DNA from: PVC group bacterium
GTDB lineage: Bacteria; Omnitrophota; Gorgyraeia; B26-G9
Assembly (NCBI GenBank): GCA_024231215.1
Contig: JAAEQR010000072.1
Coordinates: 641,210 to 705,209, forward strand
Length of the DNA stretch: 64,000 nucleotides
Direction: 5' to 3'
Shown here: piece by piece, positions 8,671 to 18,495 of the stretch
Numbering within the stretch: the stretch's first letter is position 1
How the letters are laid out: the number at the start of each line of letters is the position of its first letter
Position numbers and translations under genes: made by a program
Notes under the pieces: generated by a model
Told to the model about the DNA's origin: nothing
The model's database searches: none
The model's input: only the letters and a program-made list of their open reading frames with translations

Positions 8671-10347
8671 ATGAATGAAATAATTACGATTTTAAATATC
8701 CGGTTTGCAATATTAAAGAATAAATTGCGTAACGCGCATCAGCATTCGCGGCTTAAGATCTTTGTTGTTTGGTTTATGATCATCGGGATTCTAGGCGCTA
8801 CGTTTTATGTGCCGTACAAGGCATTTGTGTTTTTGCAGTCTATGGATCATGTGGGCAATGTGATTATTGAGCGCTTAATGTATTTATTGTTCATGGGGTT
8901 GTTTATGATGCTGGTTTTTTCAAATAGTATAATTTGTTATTCTACAGGCTATCGAGCCAGAGAGACTACCTATTTTTTTACACTTCCGATTAAATATGCC
9001 AATATATTCTTTGTGAAATTTATCGACTCAATAATCTTAAGCTCCTGGGCGTTTTTGTGTTTTTTACTACCGATCATGGCTGCATATGCTCATGTGAAAA
9101 ATCTTGGATTTATGTTTTATCTTACGCTTATTGTGTTTTTTGTGCCGTTTGCCGTGGTGGCTGCGGCAATTGGCAGTATGATCACTATGGCGATTGTCCG
9201 GTTCTTCCCGAGAAAGTTATATGCTATTCTGGGCTGGATTTTAGGTGTAGGGCTTGTTGCAGGGATTATCTGGCTGATTATTATCGGCAAAGGAGCAAAG
9301 ACCGAAGATGAATTTCTATTTGTGTTGACCAATCTAATTCCGCACTTTAGATTTACCCAGTTTGTTTTCGCGCCCAATTACTGGATCAGCGAAGGTATTT
9401 TTAAGGCTATTGCCTATGACTATGAAGGCAGTTTTTATTGGTGGCTTTTGCTTTTAAGTAACGCGTTAATGCTTGGACAGGCTGCGTATTTATGGTCAAA
9501 AAGAATATATTATGATGGCTGGGTAAATACTTCTTTTTCCGGGATAACGAAGAACTATTATGCGGGAAAAGGTATGGCTGATAAAATATGTCGCAGATTA
9601 TCTTGTGTTCCGCTTTGGATGCGTAGTTTAATCGTAAAGGATATAAAAGTTTTTTGCCGGGATCCAGTTCAGTGGTCGCAGTTCACTGTATTCTTTGGGC
9701 TCTTAGCGATCTATTTTGTGAATATTCGCAATTTCGGGTATGCAAATTTAATTCCGTTTTGGAAAAATATTGTTAGTTTTTTAAATCTAACATCCACGAA
9801 TTTAACATTGGCATCATTATCAGTAAGATTTGTCTTCCCTCAGCTAAGTTTAGAAGGGAAGAGTTTCTGGATATTGGGACTGGCTCCGATAAAAAGACAG
9901 AGTTTATTATTTGAAAAATTCTGGTTAAATAGTATTGCCGCATTATGTATAAGCTTGCCTTTGATCACGATTTCCAATTTGATGCTTAATGTTTCTCCAT
10001 TACAGATAATATTATCTATTTTTGTTGTGATATTGATGTGTTTTTCTTTGATTGCGCTATGTGTGGGGCTGGGAGCCTTGTTTCCGAATTTTAAAGAAGA
10101 CAATCCAGCCCAGATTGTTTCCGGCTTTGGCGGAACTTTGGCTTTGGTTTTATGTTTGGTATATATAGCGCTTAATGTTATGGCCCTGGCTATGCCGTTT
10201 CATTTACTGGTAACCGAGCAGATAGGGCAGGGGGCATTTCAGAAACTGCTGTGTATATCCTGCGTATTTGTTTTTATCCTCGGAGCGGTAAGTATTTTCT
10301 TGTCCTTATTTTTCGGCTCTCGAGCCTTGAAAAATCTAGAGATGTGA
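8671..10347 (+). CDS. Putative ABC transporter permease (two-repeat ABC-2-like)
   Basis: Roughly 12 or more TM segments, directly follows the ATPase, QLSLEGKSFWIL and FPNF motifs. Confidence 0.8.
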   Translation: MNEIITILNIRFAILKNKLRNAHQHSRLKIFVVWFMIIGILGATFYVPYKAFVFLQSMDHVGNVIIERLMYLLFMGLFMMLVFSNSIICYSTGYRARETTYFFTLPIKYANIFFVKFIDSIILSSWAFLCFLLPIMAAYAHVKNLGFMFYLTLIVFFVPFAVVAAAIGSMITMAIVRFFPRKLYAILGWILGVGLVAGIIWLIIIGKGAKTEDEFLFVLTNLIPHFRFTQFVFAPNYWISEGIFKAIAYDYEGSFYWWLLLLSNALMLGQAAYLWSKRIYYDGWVNTSFSGITKNYYAGKGMADKICRRLSCVPLWMRSLIVKDIKVFCRDPVQWSQFTVFFGLLAIYFVNIRNFGYANLIPFWKNIVSFLNLTSTNLTLASLSVRFVFPQLSLEGKSFWILGLAPIKRQSLLFEKFWLNSIAALCISLPLITISNLMLNVSPLQIILSIFVVILMCFSLIALCVGLGALFPNFKEDNPAQIVSGFGGTLALVLCLVYIALNVMALAMPFHLLVTEQIGQGAFQKLLCISCVFVFILGAVSIFLSLFFGSRALKNLEM

Positions 10348-10351
10348 TCCT

Positions 10352-10388
10352 AATGAGACCAAAGGAGCCAGACTTATTTGGTCTTATT
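10352..10388 (+). terminator. Stem-loop after the ABC permease, possible terminator
   Basis: AATGAGACCAAA ... TTTGGTCTTATT inverted repeat right after the stop; weak T tract. Confidence 0.45.
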
Positions 10389-10454
10389 GAATAGGATTAT
10401 TTTCGTCTTTTATTTTTACCTTGTTTGTGTTAAAATATACGGTTAGTTGAAGAT

Positions 10455-11195
10455 ATGAAGCGATTTATATTTATTCTTATAATTTCTGTTTTTGTTAGCG
10501 GGTGCGCGACTTTTTTGAATCCACTTACCGGTAAGAAGGAAACTATCTTGCTGGATACTCCATATGAAGTTGCTTTGGGTGGGCATTTTAGTCGGCAGGT
10601 AGCTGGTCAATATAAAATCGAAGATGGTTTTGAATATAATGACCGGATACAGGTAATTACCCGGAAACTGGTTTCTGTGTGTGATCGCAAAGACTTGGCT
10701 TATCAGGTAAAGGTAATAAAAAATAAACAAATGAATGCCTTTGCCATGCCTGGTGGTTTTATTTATGTTAATACCGGGCTTATGGATAGTGTTGATGATG
10801 ATGAGCTGGCGGGTGTATTAGCGCATGAAATGGGGCATGTTGTAGCCCGGCACGGGGTGAAAAAACTAGCTGCAAACCTGGGAGCCGGAGTTGTAATGAG
10901 TATTGTGTTGCGTTCGGAGGATGATAAGGAGTTACAACAGCTAGTTGCTACTGGTTTTACTTTGGTAACTTTAGGCTATAGTCGTCAGGATGAGTATCAA
11001 GCAGACAAACTGGCGATTAAATATACATATTTGGCGGGGTATAATCCCCGAGGTGTAGTCAGTTTATTTGAAAAACTGAGGAGGGAACATGGTGATATCG
11101 CGGGTTTTGAAATCTGGTCAAGCACTCATCCACCGCTTTCGCAAAGAATCAACCACGCGGAAGAACAGATCAAGCGCTACCAGAGTGGCGGGTAA
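10455..11195 (+). CDS. M48 family metallopeptidase lipoprotein
   Basis: Lipobox VSGC; NAFAMPGG, HEMGH (HExxH), SRQDEYQAD, STHP. Confidence 0.92.
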   Translation: MKRFIFILIISVFVSGCATFLNPLTGKKETILLDTPYEVALGGHFSRQVAGQYKIEDGFEYNDRIQVITRKLVSVCDRKDLAYQVKVIKNKQMNAFAMPGGFIYVNTGLMDSVDDDELAGVLAHEMGHVVARHGVKKLAANLGAGVVMSIVLRSEDDKELQQLVATGFTLVTLGYSRQDEYQADKLAIKYTYLAGYNPRGVVSLFEKLRREHGDIAGFEIWSSTHPPLSQRINHAEEQIKRYQSGG

Positions 11196-11568
11196 TGTCT
11201 CTACCGGAACTACAAGTAATGACAGGAGAAAATTTTTTCGTTTAAGAGCTTTACTCGATGGGAAGTTTAAAACAGAAGATGGTGGTAACGGGTTAATGAG
11301 ACTTACTGATTTTACAAGGGAAGGTGTGCGGGCTTGTTTTAATCGTAAAGTGGAGTTGGGCAAGACAGTTGCGTTCGAAATATGGTTTCCTGGAAAAGTT
11401 GCCACAGCTAATGCCTCGGGGACGGTTGTCTGGCTAAAGCGAAATTCAAAAGCCTGGACCGGAAAATTTGACGCAGGTGTTAAGATAGAGGATATTTCTC
11501 CGGATGACCGGTGGAGAATTCTCGATTATGCTTATCAATATTGGAATCAGGAAAGAAAAAAAGCATGA
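11185..11568 (+). CDS. PilZ domain protein
   Basis: DRRKFFR and DFTREG motifs, GTVVW, AGVK; probable GTG start at 11185. Confidence 0.8.
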   Translation: MAGNVSTGTTSNDRRKFFRLRALLDGKFKTEDGGNGLMRLTDFTREGVRACFNRKVELGKTVAFEIWFPGKVATANASGTVVWLKRNSKAWTGKFDAGVKIEDISPDDRWRILDYAYQYWNQERKKA

Positions 11569-12983
11569 AGCAATACTGGAATAAGACAAAGGTGATTTGT
11601 ACAATTGGTCCGGCTTGTACTAAATCATCAATTTTAAAAAAGATGATCTTATCCGGTATGGATGTAGCCAGGTTTAATTTTTCACACGGTAAGCCGGCTG
11701 AACAGGTAGCTGTGATAAAATCTTTGCAGGTTATTGCTCAGCGTTTAAAAATGCCTACAGCTATTTTGCAGGATTTGCCGGGGCCGAAGATCAGGATCGG
11801 ACGTTTAAAAGATGATGTGGCTGTACTTGAAGAAGGCCAGACATTTTTTCTTACCGGTAAGAATGTGATCGGTAGTTCTCTTGGGGCATATGTTAATAAT
11901 AAACGGTTCCTGAAGGCTTTAAAGACGAATAATGTTTTATATCTTAATGACGGCTTGGTTAAGCTGAGAGTAATGTCTCGGCGCAGGGATAATGTTATTT
12001 GTGAAGTCATGGCCGGAGGCCGGGTTTATTCCCGAAAAGGAGTTAATTGTCCTGGCTTGTTTGATCTTGATCCGGTTACGGATTATGATCTTAAATGTCT
12101 TCAGTACGGAATAAAGGCAGGGGTTGACTATGTCGCGGTTTCTTTTGTGCAAAAAGCCAGGGATATCGAAAAGGTTAAAAAATACTTACAGCGTAGAGGA
12201 AGTAAGGATATTTTAGTTGTAGCAAAGATAGAGCGGAAAGTTGCGTTTGAAAATATTGACAAGATTATTAAGGTTAGTGACGCGGTAATGGTTGCGCGGG
12301 GAGATTTAGGGATAGAAGCTAATTTAGAAGAAATCCCGTTTTTACAGAAAGAAATCATAAAAAAGTGTAATGCTTATGGACGGCCGGTAATTACGGCGAC
12401 GCAGATGCTTGAATCAATGGTTGTTAATCCGAGGCCGACAAGAGCTGAGGTTACGGATATTGCTAATGCGATTATTGACGGAACAGATGCTTTGATGCTT
12501 TCTGAAGAAACAGCGATTGGTAAATATCCGGTAAAAGCTTTACAGGCGATGCTCAAGATAGCGAGTAAGACTGAGGAAAAACTTAAATCTTTTTCCAAGT
12601 CGATTAACTATGAGACTGAAGTTGATAATCAGGTAAGAGAATTAAGCCGGGCGGCTGTAAGCGTAGCAAATAATCTGGATGCTAAGGCGATTGTTGTGCC
12701 GACTGAGAATGTTCATTCTATTTCCTGGCTGAGCCGTTTGCGTCCGGATAGTACTATTGCCGGAGTAACGAGTGATATGTCGGTATTTAAAAAGTTAATA
12801 TTATTCTGGGGAGTATACCCGGTAATGGTGAAAAAATTTAAGGGGTTAAGTCAAACTCTGAATATGTGTGTAAAATTAGTCGAAAAACGAGGCTTGTTAA
12901 AGAAGAATGATAATGCGGTAATCCTTTTAACCGATGATAACCGTTTGTTCTCTTCAAATATAATGGAAGTCCGTAAAGTGTAA
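11565..12983 (+). CDS. pyk: Pyruvate kinase
   Basis: TKVICTIGPA, RFNFSHG, DLPGPKIR, AKIE, MVARGDLG, ATQMLESM, PTRAE. Confidence 0.97.
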   Translation: MKQYWNKTKVICTIGPACTKSSILKKMILSGMDVARFNFSHGKPAEQVAVIKSLQVIAQRLKMPTAILQDLPGPKIRIGRLKDDVAVLEEGQTFFLTGKNVIGSSLGAYVNNKRFLKALKTNNVLYLNDGLVKLRVMSRRRDNVICEVMAGGRVYSRKGVNCPGLFDLDPVTDYDLKCLQYGIKAGVDYVAVSFVQKARDIEKVKKYLQRRGSKDILVVAKIERKVAFENIDKIIKVSDAVMVARGDLGIEANLEEIPFLQKEIIKKCNAYGRPVITATQMLESMVVNPRPTRAEVTDIANAIIDGTDALMLSEETAIGKYPVKALQAMLKIASKTEEKLKSFSKSINYETEVDNQVRELSRAAVSVANNLDAKAIVVPTENVHSISWLSRLRPDSTIAGVTSDMSVFKKLILFWGVYPVMVKKFKGLSQTLNMCVKLVEKRGLLKKNDNAVILLTDDNRLFSSNIMEVRKV

Positions 12984-13009
12984 ACCTTAAACCTATTCTG
13001 TTTATCCTT

Positions 13010-14272
13010 ATGAAAATGAAAAATTATTTATTCTTGTTTTTGTTGTGTGTGAGTATGCTTTGTATCGATGTCAGTTTTTTGTCGGCAGAAGTAGAGGCTC
13101 CTTTTCCCATGATTACTGTGGCTTCTCCTGAATACGGTGTGTCGGATATTGATACAACTACAGATATATTGGTTACGTTTAGTGGTGTAATGCATAAGAA
13201 ATCAGTAGAGGAAAGTTTTTATATCTTTCCGGAAATAAAAGGGAAGTTTAAGTGGGAAAAAAACACCCTAGTATTTAAGCCGCGTAAGCAATTGCTTCCG
13301 TCTACATCGTATTTTGTTACGTTTACTTCAGGTGTGAAAGGCGCAAACGGGATGCCTCTTATCCTGACGTATTTTAGTACTACCCCACAAGCATTGTGTG
13401 TAGGCCCAGAAGGAGAGTTGCAGATAGTCGGGAAGAATACTCAGGTGGAAAAGCTCAAGGTTAAAGGGAATAATCCTGTGTGGTCATCTGATAACAGCCG
13501 GATTGTATATGATTATGAAGGAGAAATCTGGACGGTAGATAGTGATGGTAAGGATGAAATACAGCTTACTGAAGATGAATCTCTTATTGCCAGCTACCCC
13601 AGATGTAATCCATTTACAGAATTAATTGCTTTTGTTGGAACAAACTCTGCCGGAGGAGCTAATGTTTTTACGGTTGAAACAGAAACAAAGATTATTAGAC
13701 AGCTGACTGCTTTTTTTGATTCACAGGGTGTTAATGAAATTAAATGGTCTCCGGATGGACTTTATTGTGCTTTTCTGCGGGGTGGACAGATCTGGATTAT
13801 GAACCCGGACGGAACGAATATGCGTCGACTGACAACGAATGACTTGCAGTGTGAAGGGAATTTTTCCTGGTCTCCGGCCGGTACCAAGATCGCGTTTTCC
13901 GGAGATGAAAATGTTTGGGTCGGAGATATCTATTCTTTAGAGTTCAGGAAGCTTTCTTTTGATAATCCAAAAACCGGCAGACTTGACTGGGCGAAGAACA
14001 ATAAAGTAGTTTATGAGGCTGAAGGGTTAACAATTATGGATTCCGATGGTAGTGCGGAAATCCAGGTAGCTACAGCCGGTAAAAATCCGCTTTGGATCAA
14101 CTCCGGGAAATATTTAAGTTATATTTTACCGCTTTATAATAAAAAAAATACCGCACAACTCTGGCTAATGAGCGCAGACGGTCTAACTAAAGAAAAGATT
14201 GCTGTTATTGGTGCAGGCAGTGATTTTGTGTCTTGGTCTAAGAATATCGGTTTTTCCCGTTTAAACCAATAA
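13010..14272 (+). CDS. Secreted Ig-like (Big_5) domain + TolB-like beta-propeller protein
   Basis: Signal peptide; SPEYGVSDIDTTTDILVTFS Ig-like start; repeated WSPDG/WSPAG PD40-type motifs. Confidence 0.8.
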   Translation: MKMKNYLFLFLLCVSMLCIDVSFLSAEVEAPFPMITVASPEYGVSDIDTTTDILVTFSGVMHKKSVEESFYIFPEIKGKFKWEKNTLVFKPRKQLLPSTSYFVTFTSGVKGANGMPLILTYFSTTPQALCVGPEGELQIVGKNTQVEKLKVKGNNPVWSSDNSRIVYDYEGEIWTVDSDGKDEIQLTEDESLIASYPRCNPFTELIAFVGTNSAGGANVFTVETETKIIRQLTAFFDSQGVNEIKWSPDGLYCAFLRGGQIWIMNPDGTNMRRLTTNDLQCEGNFSWSPAGTKIAFSGDENVWVGDIYSLEFRKLSFDNPKTGRLDWAKNNKVVYEAEGLTIMDSDGSAEIQVATAGKNPLWINSGKYLSYILPLYNKKNTAQLWLMSADGLTKEKIAVIGAGSDFVSWSKNIGFSRLNQ

Positions 14273-14290
14273 TCTAATATGAAATCAGGT

Positions 14291-15745
14291 TTATGATCTT
14301 CTTCGTAGGTGAGAGGAAGGTATTTTTAATGCGTTACGATACTTGGTTACTGCCCTTCGGGAAATATGTATTCCTTGTTTAGCTAGATTATCTACAATTT
14401 GCTGGTCACTAAGAGGAGTCTGAGGTGACTCTGTTTTGACCATCTCATCGATAGTTACCTTTACTTTCTGACTGGACATATCTCCGTTTTCAGAAGCAAT
14501 AGATTGGCTGAAGAAGTTTTTCAGAGCAAAAGTTCCGTGTGGCGTCTGGATATATTTATTTGCTACCGTGCGGCTGATCGTTGAAGGATGTACCTGCATA
14601 AGTTCTGCAATTTCCTTTAACTTTAAAGGTTTAAGATCGGAAATGCCTTTTTCTAAAAAATCCTGCTGGTATTCAATGATGTGACTAGTTACTTTCTTTA
14701 AAGTCAGCTGTCTTTGTGTGAGTCCACTGATTAGATTTTCTGCACTTTTTAGTTTTTCTTTGATAAACTTCAGTGTTTCTTCAGGGCATGATTTATCTTT
14801 AAGCATTTTTTTGTATAGTTTGCTTATCGAGAATTGAGGGATGTTTTTTGTATTGATAATTATCTCATAATTGTCCGAAGTTTTTTCCAGAAGTATATCA
14901 GGGACTATTCTTAGTGCTTCCTGAGAATAATTGCGGCATGGTTTAGGATCAAGGCGGCTAATGTTATAAACATACTTTTTTATCTGAGGCAAAGATATTT
15001 TTAAAGCTTTACTTATTTTTTGATATTTCTTTGCGGCAAGCTCTGGGAGGAATCCGGCGACAATTGTAGCTTCCGGGGAATCTTCTTTACCGTTACGTTT
15101 TAATTGGATAAGCAGGCATTCTTTTAAATCTCTAGCTGCTACTCCGGAAGGCTCTAACTCTTGTATTTGTTTAAGTATTTCATCAACTTTTTCTACTGTA
15201 CAATTTAAACTTTGGGCGATTTCATCTGTTGAGGTGGGTAAATATCCGTTTTCATTAATGCTTCCGATTATTTGTTCAGCAATTATCCGGTCATCTTCGT
15301 CGGTATTTATTAACCGGAATTGTTGAGTAAGTTCTTCCTGAATTGTGATTGATTTTGTGATCAGGGTTTGCTGAAAATCGTGTTTTTCCATGGATTGGGA
15401 AATTCTATTCTTATCAACGAATTCCGAACTCCAGATATTATCATTACTCAGCCAGTCTAATTCCAGATTAGCGTTATTTTTCTGATCGTCGATTATCTTT
15501 TGATCTACTTCAGTTGGCTCTGTTTCTACGGGTGGGGAAGGCTCAGTTGTTTTGTTCTCCTCTGGGGTATTTTCAGCCGGAGTAGCAATTTCTTCTTCGA
15601 TTACCGGATTAGTGGCTAGTTCTTCAGCAATAAGTTGATTGAGTTCTAAGATCGGCAGCTGCAGGATGTGCATGGACTGCTGCATCTTAGCTGTCATAAT
15701 TAGTTTTTGTACTTGTTTTTGTTGTAGTCGTTGGTGTAGCTCCAT
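14291..15745 (-). CDS. rpoN: RNA polymerase sigma-54 factor
   Basis: Q-rich region I, ILQLPILEL, NPVIE, ARDLKECLLIQL, STISR, PLSDQ and RpoN box variant SRRAVTKYR. Confidence 0.95.
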   Translation of the reverse strand: MELHQRLQQKQVQKLIMTAKMQQSMHILQLPILELNQLIAEELATNPVIEEEIATPAENTPEENKTTEPSPPVETEPTEVDQKIIDDQKNNANLELDWLSNDNIWSSEFVDKNRISQSMEKHDFQQTLITKSITIQEELTQQFRLINTDEDDRIIAEQIIGSINENGYLPTSTDEIAQSLNCTVEKVDEILKQIQELEPSGVAARDLKECLLIQLKRNGKEDSPEATIVAGFLPELAAKKYQKISKALKISLPQIKKYVYNISRLDPKPCRNYSQEALRIVPDILLEKTSDNYEIIINTKNIPQFSISKLYKKMLKDKSCPEETLKFIKEKLKSAENLISGLTQRQLTLKKVTSHIIEYQQDFLEKGISDLKPLKLKEIAELMQVHPSTISRTVANKYIQTPHGTFALKNFFSQSIASENGDMSSQKVKVTIDEMVKTESPQTPLSDQQIVDNLAKQGIHISRRAVTKYRNALKIPSSHLRRRS

Positions 15746-15806
15746 CTTATGTTTTCCTCCTGAGTTCAATTATAACTCAAGTTTAAAAGCAAAGCAAGAT
15801 GTCAAT

Positions 15807-15835
15807 TTGCCGTCGGATGAAAGTTGTGTTATACT
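15807..15835 (+). promoter_or_regulatory. Sigma70-type promoter for the radical SAM operon
   Basis: TTGCCG-17 bp-TATACT with TG, 9 nt before ATG 15845. Confidence 0.5.
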
Positions 15836-15844
15836 CATAACTTA

Positions 15845-17221
15845 ATGGAAAAAATTCTTCTACTTAATCCTCCGGGTAAGCATCAATATCTAAGGGATCA
15901 ATACTGTAGTTCATCGACAAAGGCCGATTATTACTGGCCGCCGGTTGATCTTTTGGTTTTAAGCGGTATTCTTGGTAGTTGTTTTGAGCTGGGGGTATTG
16001 GATGCTATTGTCGAAAGAGTGGATAACGCTTATGTTCTTGAATGCATCGAACATGGTGGCTATGAAGTTGTAGTTGCTTTGTCTTCGGGGGCAAGCAAAC
16101 AAGAAGATTTCGCTTTATTTAAAGAGATAAAGCGGCGTTTTAATATCCCGCTTATTGTTAATGCCGGATTTTTGCGGTTTGATACAGGGGCTTATCTTAC
16201 AAAATATCCATTCATAGACGCAGTGATCACAGATTATACTGAGCCAGGAATCATTGATTTTCTTAAAGGAGAGAGAATTAAATCTCTGAGAGGGATATCA
16301 TATCTAAACAATTCCGGGTTATTGTGCGATTGGAATACAGAAGACGCTGATTTTTCTTATCCAATGCCGCAGCATGAGCTTTTTACTCTGGATAAGTATT
16401 ACTCCCCGCAGGTGAAACAATATCCGTTTAGTTGTGTTATTGTTTCCAGTGGTTGTAAATATAAATGCCGCTTTTGTGCCAATGCCAAGATAAAATATCG
16501 TCGCAGAGATCTGAACAATATCATTGAGGAGTTGCGATATTTGAAAAAGATTGGGATTAATGAAGTGCATTTTCCCGATTTTACGTTTACTGCGGATCGG
16601 GAGCATTGTTTGGGAATTTGCCGGGTAATGATTAAAGAGGACTTAGGTATGTCCTGGGATTGTTTGACCCGGGCTGACTGCTTTGATGAAGAACTCGCTT
16701 GTATAATGAAGCAAGCCGGGTGTCACACTATACAGTTTGGACTTGAATCAAAAAATGAGACAGTGCTTAAAAACATGGCTAAACCCATGAGAAACGAAGT
16801 AGTAAGAAAGGCTTTTTCTGCATGTCGCAAGCTTGGGATTGAAACTTTGGGGTTTTTTATTATCGGATTACCGGGGGAAAATAAACAGAGCATAAAAGAT
16901 ACAGTGGCTTTTGCCCGGGAGCTTGATTGTGATTATGTTTCTTTTTCGATATTTGTGCCGGATTTTGGCAGTGATATTCGGGATGAACTAATAGAACAAA
17001 ATCCAGAGCTTAAGAATGTGGAGTGTTTTGACCGGACTAAATTCCCGGTTTTGGGAAATGAGTTTTTGAGTAAAGATGATATCTGGGGTTTAAGAAAAAA
17101 AGCATTAAAGGATTTTTATTTTCGTCCTGGGTATATCTGGAAGCGTTTGAAAAAGATGAAAAGTTTGACTGATTTAAAATCTGCGGTTCGGATCTTCGGG
17201 ACGCTGTTGCGAGGTTGCTAA
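15845..17221 (+). CDS. Radical SAM protein with (degenerate) B12-binding-type N-terminal domain, HpnJ/BchE-like
   Basis: CKYKCRFC (CxxxCxxC), FPDFTF, AGCHTIQFGLES, FFIIGLPGE. Confidence 0.88.
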   Translation: MEKILLLNPPGKHQYLRDQYCSSSTKADYYWPPVDLLVLSGILGSCFELGVLDAIVERVDNAYVLECIEHGGYEVVVALSSGASKQEDFALFKEIKRRFNIPLIVNAGFLRFDTGAYLTKYPFIDAVITDYTEPGIIDFLKGERIKSLRGISYLNNSGLLCDWNTEDADFSYPMPQHELFTLDKYYSPQVKQYPFSCVIVSSGCKYKCRFCANAKIKYRRRDLNNIIEELRYLKKIGINEVHFPDFTFTADREHCLGICRVMIKEDLGMSWDCLTRADCFDEELACIMKQAGCHTIQFGLESKNETVLKNMAKPMRNEVVRKAFSACRKLGIETLGFFIIGLPGENKQSIKDTVAFARELDCDYVSFSIFVPDFGSDIRDELIEQNPELKNVECFDRTKFPVLGNEFLSKDDIWGLRKKALKDFYFRPGYIWKRLKKMKSLTDLKSAVRIFGTLLRGC

Positions 17222-18495
17222 TGAAGATAGCGATTATTGGTGCAGGGATAAGCGGGCTTTTAACGGCATATTATCTAAAGGGGTATGCGGATGTTACTGT
17301 ATATGAAAAAGAAGCAGATGCCGGCGGCTTAAGTGCGAGTATAGCTCATGACGGAATTCGGGTTGAAAAATATAATCATTTTATAAGTGTAAAAGATGAG
17401 GAATTTATCCGGGTAGTGTCTATGTTGGGCCTTGAAGAAGAGCTGCAGTGGGCCCGGGTAAAGCACGGGTTTATTCTGGGGGATAATTTGTGGGGCATGA
17501 ATACCCCAGGAGAGTTGTTTTTCTTTTCTCATTTAAGTTGGACGGGGAAAATCAAGCTGGCAAAGTTTATGATAAAAGCGAGTTTGCGTTCCGATGCCCG
17601 GGATTTGCAAGATATAAGTGCTAGAGATTGGATAGAGAAAGAATGCGGCAAAGATGTATTTAGGAGTTTTTTTGAGCCGCTTTTAGAGTATAAATTCACG
17701 CACTTTGAAGATGTAACAGCTGCGTATTTATGGGCGAGAATAAATGAAGGAAAGAAGAATAAAATAGGATGTTTGCGTAATGGCTTGGATGTCGTATTTG
17801 GAGAATTAAAAAAACAGGTAAGTCAAAAGGCACAGGTTTTGTTCAACAGTCCGGTAAAGAAGATTGTGAAAAATGATTCAGGTCTTTGGAGGGTGATTAC
17901 AAATAGGGAAGATAAATTATATGATCTGGTGATCTCTACCATATCAATAAAACAGACTTCACAGCTTGGACCGGAATTGTTGAAAATTACCGGGGATTTG
18001 AACCGAATTGATTATCTTAGCGTGTCTTCTTTGATCTTAGCAGTGGATCAGCCTTTAAAAAACGGCTGGTGGCTGTTTATGGCTGATCAGGGGCACGGGG
18101 GAAAATTCGGGATGAGGGTAGTTGTGGATGCTTTTTTTATTGCCGGTAAGAATTTTGTTTATTTCCCGGTCTATCAGCGTCAGAGTCAGGAGTCTATAAT
18201 CGAGAAAGAACAATTGCTGCAGGAGTGTTTCCAAGTCTTAAAAAGAATAAATCCTGGTTTTAATGAAGCATGGGTTAAAAAACATTATTTTTTCCAGGAT
18301 AAGTTTGTAGAACCGGTACTGAATAAGAATTTTTTCAGGTTGCTGAATGTATTACCAGAAGATAGTAAAGGTCTATATATCCATGAAGCGGTATTTCAAG
18401 AAGGACTATTGAAAACTTTAAATACATCTGCGATAAAAAGCAGAATTATCGCAGAACAGATAAGGAATAATGATGTACGGAACAATTCAGGTTGA
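17221..18495 (+). CDS. FAD-dependent oxidoreductase (protoporphyrinogen/amine oxidase-like fold)
   Basis: IAIIGAGISG dinucleotide motif, VYEK..AGGL; TAATG coupling to the upstream gene. Confidence 0.85.
   Translation: MKIAIIGAGISGLLTAYYLKGYADVTVYEKEADAGGLSASIAHDGIRVEKYNHFISVKDEEFIRVVSMLGLEEELQWARVKHGFILGDNLWGMNTPGELFFFSHLSWTGKIKLAKFMIKASLRSDARDLQDISARDWIEKECGKDVFRSFFEPLLEYKFTHFEDVTAAYLWARINEGKKNKIGCLRNGLDVVFGELKKQVSQKAQVLFNSPVKKIVKNDSGLWRVITNREDKLYDLVISTISIKQTSQLGPELLKITGDLNRIDYLSVSSLILAVDQPLKNGWWLFMADQGHGGKFGMRVVVDAFFIAGKNFVYFPVYQRQSQESIIEKEQLLQECFQVLKRINPGFNEAWVKKHYFFQDKFVEPVLNKNFFRLLNVLPEDSKGLYIHEAVFQEGLLKTLNTSAIKSRIIAEQIRNNDVRNNSG

Noticed and set aside
11195-11245. ATG overlapping the M48 stop (TAATG) suggesting a frameshifted PilZ start
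   Set aside because: That frame closes after 16 codons; an in-frame GTG at 11185 explains the PilZ gene without a frameshift
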